Shown here: positions 12,001 through 23,367 of the stretch, one piece after another
How the letters are laid out: each line of letters begins with the position of its first letter
Numbering within the stretch: position 1 is the first letter of the stretch
Made by a program: the position numbers and the translations under genes
The notes under the pieces: generated by a model
The model's input: the letters and a program-made list of their open reading frames with translations, nothing else
What the model was told of the DNA's origin: nothing
Databases searched by the model: none
Source of the DNA: Leucoraja ocellata
Taxonomy: Eukaryota
Assembly (NCBI GenBank): GCA_036785375.1
Contig: JAWMAR010000070.1
Location: 7,068,001-7,132,000, forward strand
DNA length: 64,000 nt
Reading direction: 5' to 3'

Positions 12001-14090
12001 TGAGATGCCAAGGGCCCAGTGTTATAAATATTGCGTATTGATTTTAGATTTATTTAGTAGGTGGAGTGAAGCTCTACCAACCACCAATAATAAGGAAAAT
12101 GTGCACATTTTAATATCTGACAGAAATTCACTGTACACACCACCCACTGGTATCTGGGATGGTGGAAAGAGTCAATGGGGATTGCAAAACAAAATTACCC
12201 CGGAGGTAAATCCTTTTCCTGACAAGCAACTATGTTATAAAAATTGGGGATGAAGGAAAATTCAATGGAGAAATGAGGATAGGATAGGGAGACTGAATAG
12301 TCAAGGGCAGTCTGACTAATCATGATCTGGATCAATGTCCAATTAGGGTTAGGTGACCAGGATTTTGGTCAACAGAAGTCTTGTCAGAAAAAGGGAAAGT
12401 AAATTACAAAGAGATGTCTTTGAAGATGAAATATTATATACTGCTGGTAAAACAATGTTTTTGTATATGTACTGCTTGTAAAACAATGTTTTTTGTATGT
12501 GGAATGTGTGAAATTCGAAGCAATGAGCAAAGTTGTGTGTCGCTTTAAATAGTTTGTCCTTTAAAATGCAAATAGACAAAGTTTATGGTGTGCTCAGTTA
12601 AAGAAACAGGCATGAATGGGGGGGTGGAGCTATACTCGATGATAAAATGTGTTGGTTGATTATAAATCTTTTAAACCAAGTTTAAAAAAAAAGACTCATC
12701 CCGATTAAAGTGTTAAATGAGATTGGAAATGTCAAAATTACAGAGAAAAGAAAATGTATTATTGATTACTGATTCTGAATGAGTTTTTTTGGGAAAGATT
12801 GTTTTGATATGATAACAGAGGTTGTCTTTTAAAATGTAAATGAAGCAAGATTACTGTTTTCAAGCAAACAAAAAGATGTTGCTGTAGCATGTGCTGTGTG
12901 AGTGAAATGAAGGTAGATGAAAAATTGTTTTATGACTTAAAAAAGGGGGTTTGAGGGAACTCACAATGAGGGATGAAAGGTGAGAAGATAAAGTAGATTG
13001 GGGAAGAGAACATATTTGGAGAATTGAATATTTAGGTGGGGAGAGCCTCTTTGGATATAATCGGATTAAAGGATAAATTCACAGGGAAGTGTTAAGAAGG
13101 GACTGGAGATACTGGAGGATCAAAGGGGGACAAAAGTGCTGGAGAAACAGCTGGTGAACAAGATTCACAACTTTTTATTGATACAGGAAAAGCTGCTCTG
13201 TCCACCCCCTGGAGAGTGGGGGAAAGCCACCTACAGGCCCTGGGCAATTAACTAATTATGTATGGTCGGCAATTAACCCATGTCTTGCCAGATCTACATT
13301 CCCAGGTTGGAGGAGTTTTTGCTGGAAACCAGTGACCAAGGCCATAAAGGCTATACGATGGGGGTGCTGGGACAAGAAGAAATTGAGACTGTTGAAAGAA
13401 ACAACCAAGTGTTGCTAACAACATGAACTGCTGTAAAGATGAAAGATCATCGTCGCTGGATACATTTGATTGACTGTGAACAGTTTGTGGAAACAAGGAC
13501 GATGGGCTATTGATGCTCCCTTTATTCTGGGGTAGCCCAGCCCACATGGACTGAACTTTCTTCAGAATGGCAAACTTGCAGACTAACCTACATTTAAAGG
13601 ATGGTACACACCTCCTTTTAAAAAAGATTGAAGTCAAACATGACAAGCGCAGCAAAGATACCCTGACTACGGACAGTAAGAGGTCTGCAAAGGCCAGTTA
13701 AATCTACCTGTTTTTGCCACAACCAAGGCACTGGTGTATATTAAGGAAACAGTATATTTGTGACAGGGCATTGTTATGTTGCAAATGCAGTGCCACACAA
13801 GAGAAGCATGAACCAGTTACACCAGCACACAGGGAATTCCAAATGAAGCCGAATAAAGGCTGAGCAATTTTTATGAACCTTTTCCTGTCCTATGGTAGTA
13901 TCTTAGTGTCACATCCGGGGGAGGTTGGTGGCCATTTAAAATGTTTGGAGGGACTTGTGAAACGATTGTCCACTATGAATTGATTGTGCTACTAGTGTAC
14001 TATTAATTTGTCTGATGAGATGCTTATGGTCTTTCGTATGTACTCAGGAAGGACTGCAGTTGTTATCAAAATTTTGATAAAAGGATGGAA

Positions 14091-14757
14091 TGATGAAGCC
14101 GAATTTTAGTTAAAAATATAAGAAGATATTAAATTGGCTTCTGGGCTAGCTTACAGCTTATATTTAGTGTCAAATTAAACTTTCCTCAGGTTGCGGGGTG
14201 TGTGAGATAACATTGTCTCCCAAGTGAAGGAGCTAGAGAGATATCTTTGAAAGTAAGATGCCATAAACCAAATGACCAATGTTTATGGGGGAGGAGGCAA
14301 TAAAGGAAGAGAGAAATAGACAGTCACATCTTTGTAAACAAATGACCTATGTTTATGAGGGACCAAATGACAGAGGAAGCAGCGAAAAGAGCTAGGGTGG
14401 TCTATTTGGAGATAAGGCAAATGGCCAATGTTTTTAGTATATCTTGTACCATGTTAAAAAAAGGTTTGATGTGATGCATTCTGTGGAAACCTTTTCCAGT
14501 ACCTCTGACCATGACTAATGTCTGTGGAATGTGATAAGGGGACAAAAAAACCCTATTTAAGGCAATGTAATTCTGTTGTTAAGGGGAGGTGGCTGAGGAC
14601 AGTCAAGTGTCTGTGTTGGTCACTTGACTGGAGTTCTCCCTCCCTTCCATCGGCCGATGTTAAGTAAAGTTTTGAACTGGTCTACCAAACAGTTTGTGTG
14701 GTGTCTGTTTATTAAGAAGCGAACCTGGTTTAGTAGTTAAGATAAGTAGCTTTTTCA
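14091..14757 (+). repeat. ERV 3' LTR
   Basis: Preceded by the PPT and followed by TSD GTGT. It has at least 7 substitutions relative to LTR1 and LTR2. Confidence 0.9.
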
Positions 14758-14912
14758 GTGTGGTCTATAGATATTGATGACTTCAGTGGAACAAGATGTA
14801 AAGAAGGTGTTTATCCCTCGATCAGCGCATTGAAATCCCTCCTCAACATTAACAGTTCGGAACAATTATTATTTGCATCCCAAGTCAAACTGAACTGCCC
14901 TCATTTGTGTTT

Positions 14913-15150
14913 AAGAAGGAACTGCAGATGCTGGAAAATCGAAGGTAGACAAAAGTGCTGGAGAAACTCAGCGGGTGCAGCAACATCTATGGAGCAAAGG
15001 AAATAGGCAACGTTTTAGGACGAAACCCTTCCGGGTTTGGCCCGAAACGTTGCCTATTTCCAGAAGGGTTTTGGGACGAAATGTTGCCTATTTCCTTTGC
15101 TCTATAGATGCTGCTGCACCCGCTGAGTTTCTCCAGCATTTTTGTCTTCT
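14913..15150. repeat. Palindromic interspersed repeat, possibly derived from Penelope-like element termini (also ~2385-2470, 16258-16500, 21025-21135, 53534-53740)
   Basis: The arm tgctggagaaactcagcgggtgcagcagcatctatggagc.aaggaaataggcaacgttt and its reverse complement flank a short gggtttcggcccgaaac core. The family assignment is inference. Confidence 0.6.
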
Positions 15151-15409
15151 CTTACTTGTTCCAATCCAGAATATTTTAACAGGTCTGAGCAGCAAAGATG
15201 TGCCATGGAGTTGCCTTTAGCTGAGTTGAGTCGAGTTGACTTGAGTTTAGTTCAGATTTGTTTAGATTTATACAATGGTATATGGACACACTGATCTGTT
15301 CTGTATTTGTGCCTACTATGTTCTGTTGTGCTGAAGCAAAGCAAGAATTTCATTGTCCTATCAGGGACACATGACAATAATCTCTCTTGAACACTTGAAC
15401 TTGAGTGAT

Positions 15410-15640
15410 CACCCGTAAACTAGTTCTAACCTACACACAAGGGACAATTTACTGAAGCCAATTAACCTACAAACCCGCACGTCTTTGACATCTGTGAGGA
15501 AACTGTAGCACCTGGGAGAAACCCTCACGGTCATAGGGAAAAAGTACAACCACCGTACAGACAGTACCTACAGTCAGCATTGAACCCGGGTCACTAGCGC
15601 TGTACAGCAGCAAGTCTACTGCTGTATCACTGAGCCTCCC
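15410..15640 (-). mobile_element. tRNA-derived SINE (inverted copy at ~54358-54590)
   Basis: tRNA-like head with A/B-box-like motifs (gtgatacagc.gtag..ttgctg..gacccgggttcaatg) and a body shared with many copies in the window. Confidence 0.65.
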
Positions 15641-15715
15641 TTACATTGGCCTCTTGCACAGTTGCAGCAGCTGATTAGAGTCCAGTTTTGACCCTTGTTG
15701 GGATTGTGCACAAAC

Positions 15716-16165
15716 ATAGAAAATTGGTGCAGGAGGAGGCCATTCGGCCCCTCGATCCAGCAGCGCCATTCAATATGATCATGGCTGAACATCCTAAATC
15801 ACTACCACTTTCCTGCTTTCTCCCCATATCCCTTGATTCCGTTAGCACTAAGAGCTTAATCTAACTCTCTCTTGAAAACATCCAGTGAATTGGCCTCCAC
15901 TGCCTTCTGTGGCAGAGAATTCCACAGATTCACAATTCTCTGGGTGAAAATGTTTTTTTCATCTCAGTCCTAAATGGCCGACACCTTATTCTTAAACTGT
16001 GTGACCACTGGTTCTGGACTCCCCCAACATCGGGAATATTTTTCCTGCACCTATCTAGTCTGTCCGATCCCTTAAGAATTTTATATGTTTTTATAAATAT
16101 GTTCCAGTCTCATCCTAAATTCCAGTGAATACAAGCACAGTCGATCCATTCTTTCGTCATATGTC
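15716..16165 (-). mobile_element. CR1 LINE 3' fragment (inverted copy at ~53835-54285)
   Basis: Reverse-strand CR1 ORF2 C-terminus and 3' UTR. Confidence 0.75.
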
Positions 16166-16390
16166 AGGGGTGGAAGATTGCAACCTTCACGAGGTCCACC
16201 CTGTTTCGACTAATGCAATCAATTCGACGTGCACAAACGGAAGATCAAATAGAACAAAGGTAGACAAAAATGCTGGAGAGACTCAGCGGGTGCAGCAGCA
16301 TCTATGTAGCAAAGGAAATAGGCAATGTTTCGGAACAAAACCCTTCTGGAAATAGGCAACGTTTCAAGCCAAAACCCGGAAGGGTTTCGG

Positions 16391-17830
16391 CCCGAAACGT
16401 TGCCTATTTCCTTCGCTCCATAGATGCTGCTGCACCCGCTGAGTTTCTCCAGGATTTTTGTGTACCTTCGATTTTCCAGTATCTGCAGTTTCTTCTTCAA
16501 CATCAAATAGAACAAGTTGTCCTACAACTTTAGGCTGTGCACGCCACACGAAAGAAGAAGTTGACATGTCAGTCCCGCCATCCCGGGTATTAACCTGGTG
16601 AACCTACGTTGCACTCCCTCAATAGCAAGAATGCCCTTCCTCAAGATGACAGTGAAGGGCCGCCACTACACAGACACCCAGTAGACCTGATAGAATGATA
16701 TAAAATTATGAGAGGCGTAGATAGCTGAGATAACCTGAAGCAATTTCCCGAAGGCTTTGGAGACGGTGCAGAAACGGTTCCCCAGAATGATGTCGGGATC
16801 GGAGGTTGTTAGTTATATGGACAGGTTGGATAATCTTGGATTGGTTTCTCTAGAACTTCAGATGTTGAGCGGAGACCTGACAGAAGGTAATAAAATTCTT
16901 AAGGGGTTGGACAGGCTAGATGCAGGAACGTTGTTCCCGATGTTGGGGAAGTCCAGAACAAGGGGTCACAGTTTAAGGATAAGGGGGAAATCTTTTAGGA
17001 CCGAGATGAGAAAAACATTTTTCACACAGAGAGTGGTGAATCTGTGGAATTCTCTGCCGCAGAAGGTAGTTGAGGCCACAGTTCATTGGCTTTTTTTAGG
17101 AGGGAGATAGATGTGGCCCTTGTGGCTAAAGGGATCAGGGGGTATGGAGCGAAGGCAGATACAGGATACTGAGTTGGATGATCAGCCATGATCATATTGA
17201 ATGGCGGTGCAGGCTCGAAGGGCCGAATGGTCAACTCCTGCACCTATTGTCTATTGTCTATTGAGATAGGAAACATTTAAAGATGTGCGAAGCACAGAGG
17301 GTGGTGGGTGCCTGGAACACGATGCTGTGGGTGGTGGAGGCAGATACAATAGTTCAGAGTCTTTATCTAAAAAATCTCATGGATATGCAGGGAATTGAGA
17401 TTATGGATCAGGTGCAGGCAGAGGAGATTAGCTGAACTTGGCAGCATGTTCAGCACGGACCTTGTGGGCCGAAGGGCCTGTTCCTGTGCTGTTCCATGTT
17501 CTATGTTACATAGTCTTCTCAATCACATCTTGAGAAGAACATTTTCCAGAGGTGCCCTGGTACCACCAGTGTGACATTCATTGTATCTGCTGCAGTCAAT
17601 GAGTGTGTTGTGTAGACAGCCAGAGGAGAAGATGGGATTTATGTGCAGTTTCATTTTGTAATCATTATTTATTTAATGTCATAGTGTAATAGAGTCATAG
17701 AGTGATACAGCGTGGAAACAGGCCCTTCGGCCCAACTTGCCCACACTGGCCAACATGTCCCAGCTACACTAGTCTCACCTGCCTGTGTTTGGTCCATATC
17801 CCTCCACACCTGTCCTCTCCATGTACATGA
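16391..17830 (+). repeat. ~1.4-kb composite block directly duplicated at ~21029-22445
   Basis: Both copies have the same order of palindrome arm, CR1 fragments (METVQK.FPRMMSG.. ORFs at 16757 and 21393) and spacer sequence. Confidence 0.85.
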
Positions 17831-18802
17831 CTCACTGTTTCTTAAACATTGGGATCTAAATGTTGCCTCACCAACGCAAGATGACCTCCCAACCTCTATA
17901 CTCCATACTGTGACTGATGAAGGCCAAAGTACCAAAAGCCTTTTTGACCACCGTATCTACCTGCAACTGCATCTTCAAGGAACCATGTACCTTCACTCAT
18001 AGATCCCTCTGCTATACAACATTCCCCAGAGCTGGACTATTCACTGTGTAGGTCCTGCACATGTTAGAAACATAGAAACATAGAAACTAGGTGCAGGAGT
18101 AGGCCATTCAGCCCTTCGAGCCTGCACCGCCATTCAATATGATCATGGCTGATCATCCAACACAGTTTCCAGTACCTGCCTTCTCTCCATACCCTCTGAT
18201 CCCCTTAGCCACAAGGGCCACATCTAACTCCCTCTTCAATATAGCCATTGAATTGGCCTCGACTACCCTCTGGTTACCCTCTCCCCAAGACTCCCCAAAA
18301 CACAACATCTCACATTACTCTGTATTAAATTCCATCAACCGTTCCTCAGCCCAACTGGCCAATATTTCAGGATCCTGCTGCAATTTTTCACAACCATCTC
18401 CACTATCTGCAAAACCGCCTACTTTAGTGTCATAGAAACATAGAAAATGGGTGCAGGAGTAGAGGCCATTCGGCCCTTCGAGCCTGCACCGCTATTCAAT
18501 ATGATCATGGCTGATCATCCAACTCAGTATCCTGTACCAGCCTTCTCTCCATACCCCCTGATCCCTTTAGCCACAAGGGCCACATCTAACTCCCTCTTAA
18601 ATATAGTCATCTGCCTTTACTTCTGTTCCTGTTCTCAACATTTTCCACATGTTGTTCCGTCCCCGTGTGGTCATGGACAATGTTGGACACAGCTCATAGA
18701 AGCCGGCGATGTTGCCCGTAGTGAGCAAGAGTTGCACAAAGTTCACACCCAACTCAATGCTGGCGTACAAAGAATCACTCACACCGGCTGTCTTCAAGAG
18801 AG

Positions 18803-18808
18803 TTTATT
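18803..18808 (-). terminator. Candidate polyadenylation signal of A2 (A3 equivalent at 56955-56960)
   Basis: AATAAA in a block conserved between type A and type B genes, followed by GT-rich ggtgtgagtgattctttgt. Confidence 0.5.
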
Positions 18809-19242
18809 TCCATTAATGATACATTTACCAATGCAAGCACGATCTGTCCCATTGCACTACATTTGCCCCATATCCCCCTAAACCTTTCCCTGTCCCAAGT
18901 GTGTATTAAATATTCTTACAATTCCCACCCCACCAGATAGTTCTATAAACCCACCGCCCCCTGAGTGAAAATGTTGCCCCTCAGGTTCCTATTAAATCTT
19001 GCCCCTCTAACCTTAAACTTATGTCCCCCTGGTTCTTGATTCCCGTACCCCAGGTAAAAGATGTTTTGTGTTCACCCCTCTATTCCCCTCATGATGAATT
19101 AAGTGACTACAATATAGAATGCTGTTGTTGGCCTAAGTGTGTGAAGTTTATAATGATGGATGTTATTGTGTGTTTGTGCTGTCCTGCCACTGCCTGTTGC
19201 TTCTGTGACATGGGGGGGCCTGTGCTGGGTCAGTGTGAGGTT

Positions 19243-19755
19243 TCACATCACTGTCAGCTTGGTATTTAGTCTACATTCCTCTTTGCCAGTGAACCAAGCG
19301 CAGGAATACATCCCAACATCACTCTTCTGTAAACCCGTGATGACCAACGAGGCATCCCGTGTCCCATCCACGTTTGTTTCCTTGAACGACCAGCGGCCGG
19401 CCCCCCCTGGATAGGTCGCACCTTTCCCTTTAGTAAACACGGCCAGTGTCCCCTTCCCTTTACTCCAGGTGACAGCAAAGTTGCTGGGTCCATCCTTCCC
19501 TGTGGGTACTATACAGGGTAGCGTAGCAGAACCACCCTTTGCCGTCACATCCGTGAATTTCATCTTGTTCGCAGCTGGCCTAGCACCGCATTCTGGAGTA
19601 TCTTGTTTGTTGACTTGTCGAGGCTCCCGTGCGTTCCACCCGGGCAAGTTTGCTTCCTCTCCCCATTCTCTGGAGATCGGACCTGTTCCAGTTGCGGAGA
19701 CTTGCCACACCATCTCCACAAGGACCATGAATCCTATCCATCTCTGCAGTCCCAT
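19243..19755 (-). CDS. Secreted single V-type Ig-domain precursor, type A copy 2 (A2), 170 aa
   Basis: Leader and propeptide identical to A1. Motifs TLPC, VTW, DASLVI, DVGMYSC and KECRLN, with the stop after LTVM. Confidence 0.85.
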   Translation of the reverse strand: MGLQRWIGFMVLVEMVWQVSATGTGPISREWGEEANLPGWNAREPRQVNKQDTPECGARPAANKMKFTDVTAKGGSATLPCIVPTGKDGPSNFAVTWSKGKGTLAVFTKGKGATYPGGAGRWSFKETNVDGTRDASLVITGLQKSDVGMYSCAWFTGKEECRLNTKLTVM

Positions 19756-19829
19756 GTTCCTGTGGGTGAAACAATGGGTCACCTTATTGCAACTCAGTAG
19801 GATTCATGATGACATTCCCTGAACCCGCC

Positions 19830-20135
19830 CAGAGTTGGGGAATCGAGAACCAGAGGACATCGGTTTAAGGCGAGGGGGGGGGGAAAGATTTAATGGAAAA
19901 CTGAGGGGTGACTTTTTTACACAAAGGGTGGAGGGTGTTTGGAACGAGCTGCCAGAAGAGGTAGTTGAAGCAGGTACTATCACAATGATTAAGAAACAGT
20001 TAGACAGGTACATTGATAGGACAGGATTAGAGGGGTAAGGGCCAAACGCAGGCAGGTGGGTCTAGTATTGATGGGACACGTTGGTGGGCGTGGGCAAGTT
20101 GGGCCGAAGGTCTCGCTGTGACTCTATGACTCCAT
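19830..20135 (+). mobile_element. CR1-type 3' fragment inside the A2 intron; the same insertion is in the introns of B1-B4 and C
   Basis: FFTQRVEGVWNELPEEVVEAGTI..KKQLDRYI motif plus 3' UTR. Confidence 0.7.
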
Positions 20136-20298
20136 CACTTGTCCCACCCCGGTCATTCCTCCTTCTCCCTGGTCCTGTCTAGCAGAAGGTACAGAAGCTT
20201 GAAAGCGCGCACCACCAGACTCAGGAACAGCTTCTTCCCCTCTGCTATCAGGCTTCTGAACTGGGGGAACAGTGAACAGAGACAATCCCACCCCCATC

Positions 20299-20676
20299 AC
20301 TCACAGACACTTGAAGGATCCACAGGGTTGGTTACCAGCTCCGGAGTCTCCACACAGGGTGACGGGGTCGGTCTTGTTCTCATCTCCTGCCATCGCTCGC
20401 TCCTTTTATACCGACTCCCGGCTTCTCCTGCCCCTCATTGTCTGCCCTCACGTACATTCAACCAATCACTGCCTCCCACGGAGCATTGGCCGGAGTCAGC
20501 CGCGACCTCTCCACCCTCTGCCAAACGTGTCGTTGCATCAGCCGTTAACGTTTAACAAGAACAACGTCATCCCAGCTGCCAGCGGCCAACCAGGCGCCCC
20601 ACACATCCTGCTTGTGTCTCCACCACGTCTCGCTTTGGCCACCCATCGGACCAGATGTCCCAGCCACGCCACGTCA
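20299..20676 (-). promoter_or_regulatory. Promoter and first exon of A2
   Basis: UPRE at 20676-20669, ERSE at 20462-20480, TATAAAA at 20410-20404 and donor GTGAGT at 20304-20299. Confidence 0.7.
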
Positions 20677-22492
20677 CCACCACAGCCCTTGGCACCTGCG
20701 CTGGTTCCACAGTTTATACTCAATCTGAGCCGGCAGCTGGGATGGCGTTGGATCAATTCTTCCTTCCCAACAACCATCAGGCTGTTGAACACGACACGAC
20801 ACTGAGGTCAACGATGAACGTCTATGGAATGTCCAAGGTTGCACTAATGCCCCTGTCCCACTTAGGAAACCTGAACGGAAACCTCTGGAGACTTAGCGCC
20901 CCACCCAAGGTTTCCGTGCGGTTCACGGAGGTTTTTGTCTGTCTCCCTACCTGCTTCCACTACCTGCAACCTCCGGCAACCACCTGCAACCTCCGGGAAC
21001 CACCTGCAACCTCCGGGAACCTTCGGGACGAAACGTTGCCTATTTCCTTCACTCCATAGATGCTGCTGCACCCGCTGAGTTTCTCCAGCATTTTTGTGTA
21101 CCTTCGATTTTCCAGTATCTGCAGTTTCTTCTTCAACATCAAATAGAACAAGTTGTCCTACAACTTTAGGCTGTGCACGCCACACGAAAGAAGAAGTTGA
21201 CATGTCTGTCCCGCCATCCCGGGTATTAACCTGGTGAACCTACGTTGCACTCCCTCAATAGCAAGAATGCCCTTCCTCAAAATGACAGTGAAGTGCTGCC
21301 TCTACAGAGACACCCAATAGACCTGATAGAATGGTATAAAATGATGAGAGGCGTAGATAGCTGAGATAACCTGAAGCAATTTCCCGAAGGCTTTGGAGAC
21401 GGTGCAGAAGCAGTTCCCCAGAATGATGTCGGGATCGGAGGTTGTTAGTTATATGGACAGGTTGGATAATCTTGGATTAGTTTCTCTAGAACTTCAGATG
21501 TTGAGCGGAGACCTGACAGAAGGTAATAAAATTCTTAAGGGGTTGGACAGGCTAGATGCAGGAACGTTGTTCCCGATGTTGGGGAAGTCCAGAACTAGGG
21601 GTCACAGTTTAAGGATAAGGGGGAAATCTTTTAGGACCGAGATGAGAAAAACATTTTTCACACAGAGAGTGGTGAATGTGGAATTCTCTGCCACAGAAGG
21701 TATTTGAGGCCAGTTCATTGGCTATATTTAAGAGGGAGTTAGATGTGGCCCTTGTGGCTAAAGGGATCAGGGGGTATGGAGAGAAGGCAGGTACTGGATA
21801 CTGAGTTTGATGATCAGCCATGATCATATTGAATGGCGGTGCAGGCTCGAAGGGCCGAATGGCCTCTACTCCTGCACCTATTGTCTATTGTCTACTGTCT
21901 ATTGTCTATTGAGATAGGAAACATTTAAAGATACAAGTGGAGGTAGTTACAATAGTTCAGAGACTTTATCTAAAAAATCTCATGGTCATGCAGGGAATTG
22001 AGATTATGGATCAGGTGCAGGCAGAGGAGATTAGCTGAACTTGGCATCATGTTCAGCACGGACCATGTGGGCCGAAGGGCCTGTTCCTGTGCTGTTCCAT
22101 GTTCTATGTTACATAGTCTTCTCAATCACATCTTGAGAAGAACATTTTCCAGAGGTGCCCTGGTACCACCAGTGTGACATTCATTGTATCTGCTGCAGTC
22201 AATGAGTGTGTTGTGTAGACAGCCAGAGGAGAAGATGGGATTTATGTGGAGTTTCATTTTGTAATCATTATTTATTTAATGTCATAGTGTAATAGAGTCA
22301 TATAGTGATACAGTGTGGAAACAGGCCCTTCGGCCCAACTTGCCCACACTGGCCAACATGTCCCAGCTACACTAGTCCCACCTGCCTGTGTTTGGTCCAT
22401 ATCCTTCTAAATCTGACCTATACCTGTTCCTGTTTAACTGTTTCTTAAACGTCGGGATAGTTTCTGCCTCAACAGCGATGAGTTGACCAGAA

Positions 22493-22826
22493 CGAGACGT
22501 GGTGGAGACACAAGCAGGATGTGTGGGGCGCCTGGTTGGCCGCTGGCAGCTGGGATGACGTTGTTCTTGTTAAACGTTAACGGCTGATGCAACGACACGT
22601 TTGGCAGAGGGTGGAGAGGTCGCGGCTGACTCCGGCCAATGCTCCGTGGGAGGCAGTGATTGGTTGAATGTACGTGAGGGCAGACAATGAGGGGCAGGAG
22701 AAGCCGGGAGTCGGTATAAAAGGAGCGAGCGATGGCAGGAGATGAGAACAAGACCGACCCCGTCACCCTGTGTGGAGACTCTGGAGCTGGTAACCAACCC
22801 TGTGGATCCTTCAAGTGTCTGTGAGT
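22493..22826 (+). promoter_or_regulatory. Promoter and first exon of B1
   Basis: CCAAT at 22636, CGTGG-N9-ATTGG (reverse ERSE) at 22645-22663, TACGTG at 22671, TATAAAA at 22715-22721 and donor GTGAGT at 22821. The acceptor CAG is at 23361-23363. Confidence 0.7.
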
Positions 22827-23367
22827 GATGGGGGTGGGATTGTCTCTGTTCACTGTTCCCCCAGTTCAGAAGCCTGATAGCAGAGGGGAAGAAGCTGTTC
22901 CTGAGTCTGGTGGTGCGCGCTTTCAAGCTTCTGTACCGTCTGCTAGACAGGACCAGGAAGAAGGAGGAATGACTGGGGTGGGACAAGTGGTGGAGTCATA
23001 GAGTCACAGCGAGACCTTCGGCTCAACTTGCCCGCGCCCACCAACGTGTCCCCATCAATACTAGACCCACCTGCCTGCGTTTGGCCCTAACCCCCCTAAT
23101 CCTGTCCTATCAATGTACCTGTCTAACTGTTTCTTAATCATTGTGACAGTACCTGCCTCAACTACCTCTTCCGGCAGCTCGTTCCAAACACCCTCCACCC
23201 TTTGTGTAAAAAAGTCACCCCTCAGTTTCCCATGAAATCTTTCCCCCCCTCGCCTTAAACCGATGTCCTCTGGTTCTCGATTCCCCAACTCTGGGCGGGT
23301 TCAGGGAATGTCATCATGAATCCTACTGAGTTGCAATAAGGTGACCCATTGTTTCACCCACAGGAAC

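Larger units (their letters stand above)
2725..14757 (+). mobile_element. Decayed class I (gamma/epsilon-like) endogenous retrovirus as a tandem LTR-internal-LTR-internal-LTR array, unit 5683 bp
   Basis: Three 667-bp TG...CA LTRs with TSD GTGT (2721-2724, 14758-14761). A PBS-like TGGCCTAGTTATGCAGG at 3393 resembles the tRNA-Ser PBS, and a PPT AAAAGGATGGAA precedes LTR2 and LTR3. Remnants include Gag MA (MGNAIDTG.. at 4110; KWLGDEAWPVGGTW), RNase H (LPEQLVIIKCTAHTGAGDPIAKGN, ~5810-5890) and integrase (IDFIEMP..YCVLILDLFSRWSEALPT, ~6300-6400). All frames are broken and I saw no RT core. Confidence 0.88.

Noticed and set aside
14913-15150. Hammerhead ribozyme in the palindromic repeats (gggtttcggcccGAAAC resembles stem II plus GAAA)
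   Set aside because: The required CTGAnGA core is not present upstream in these copies.
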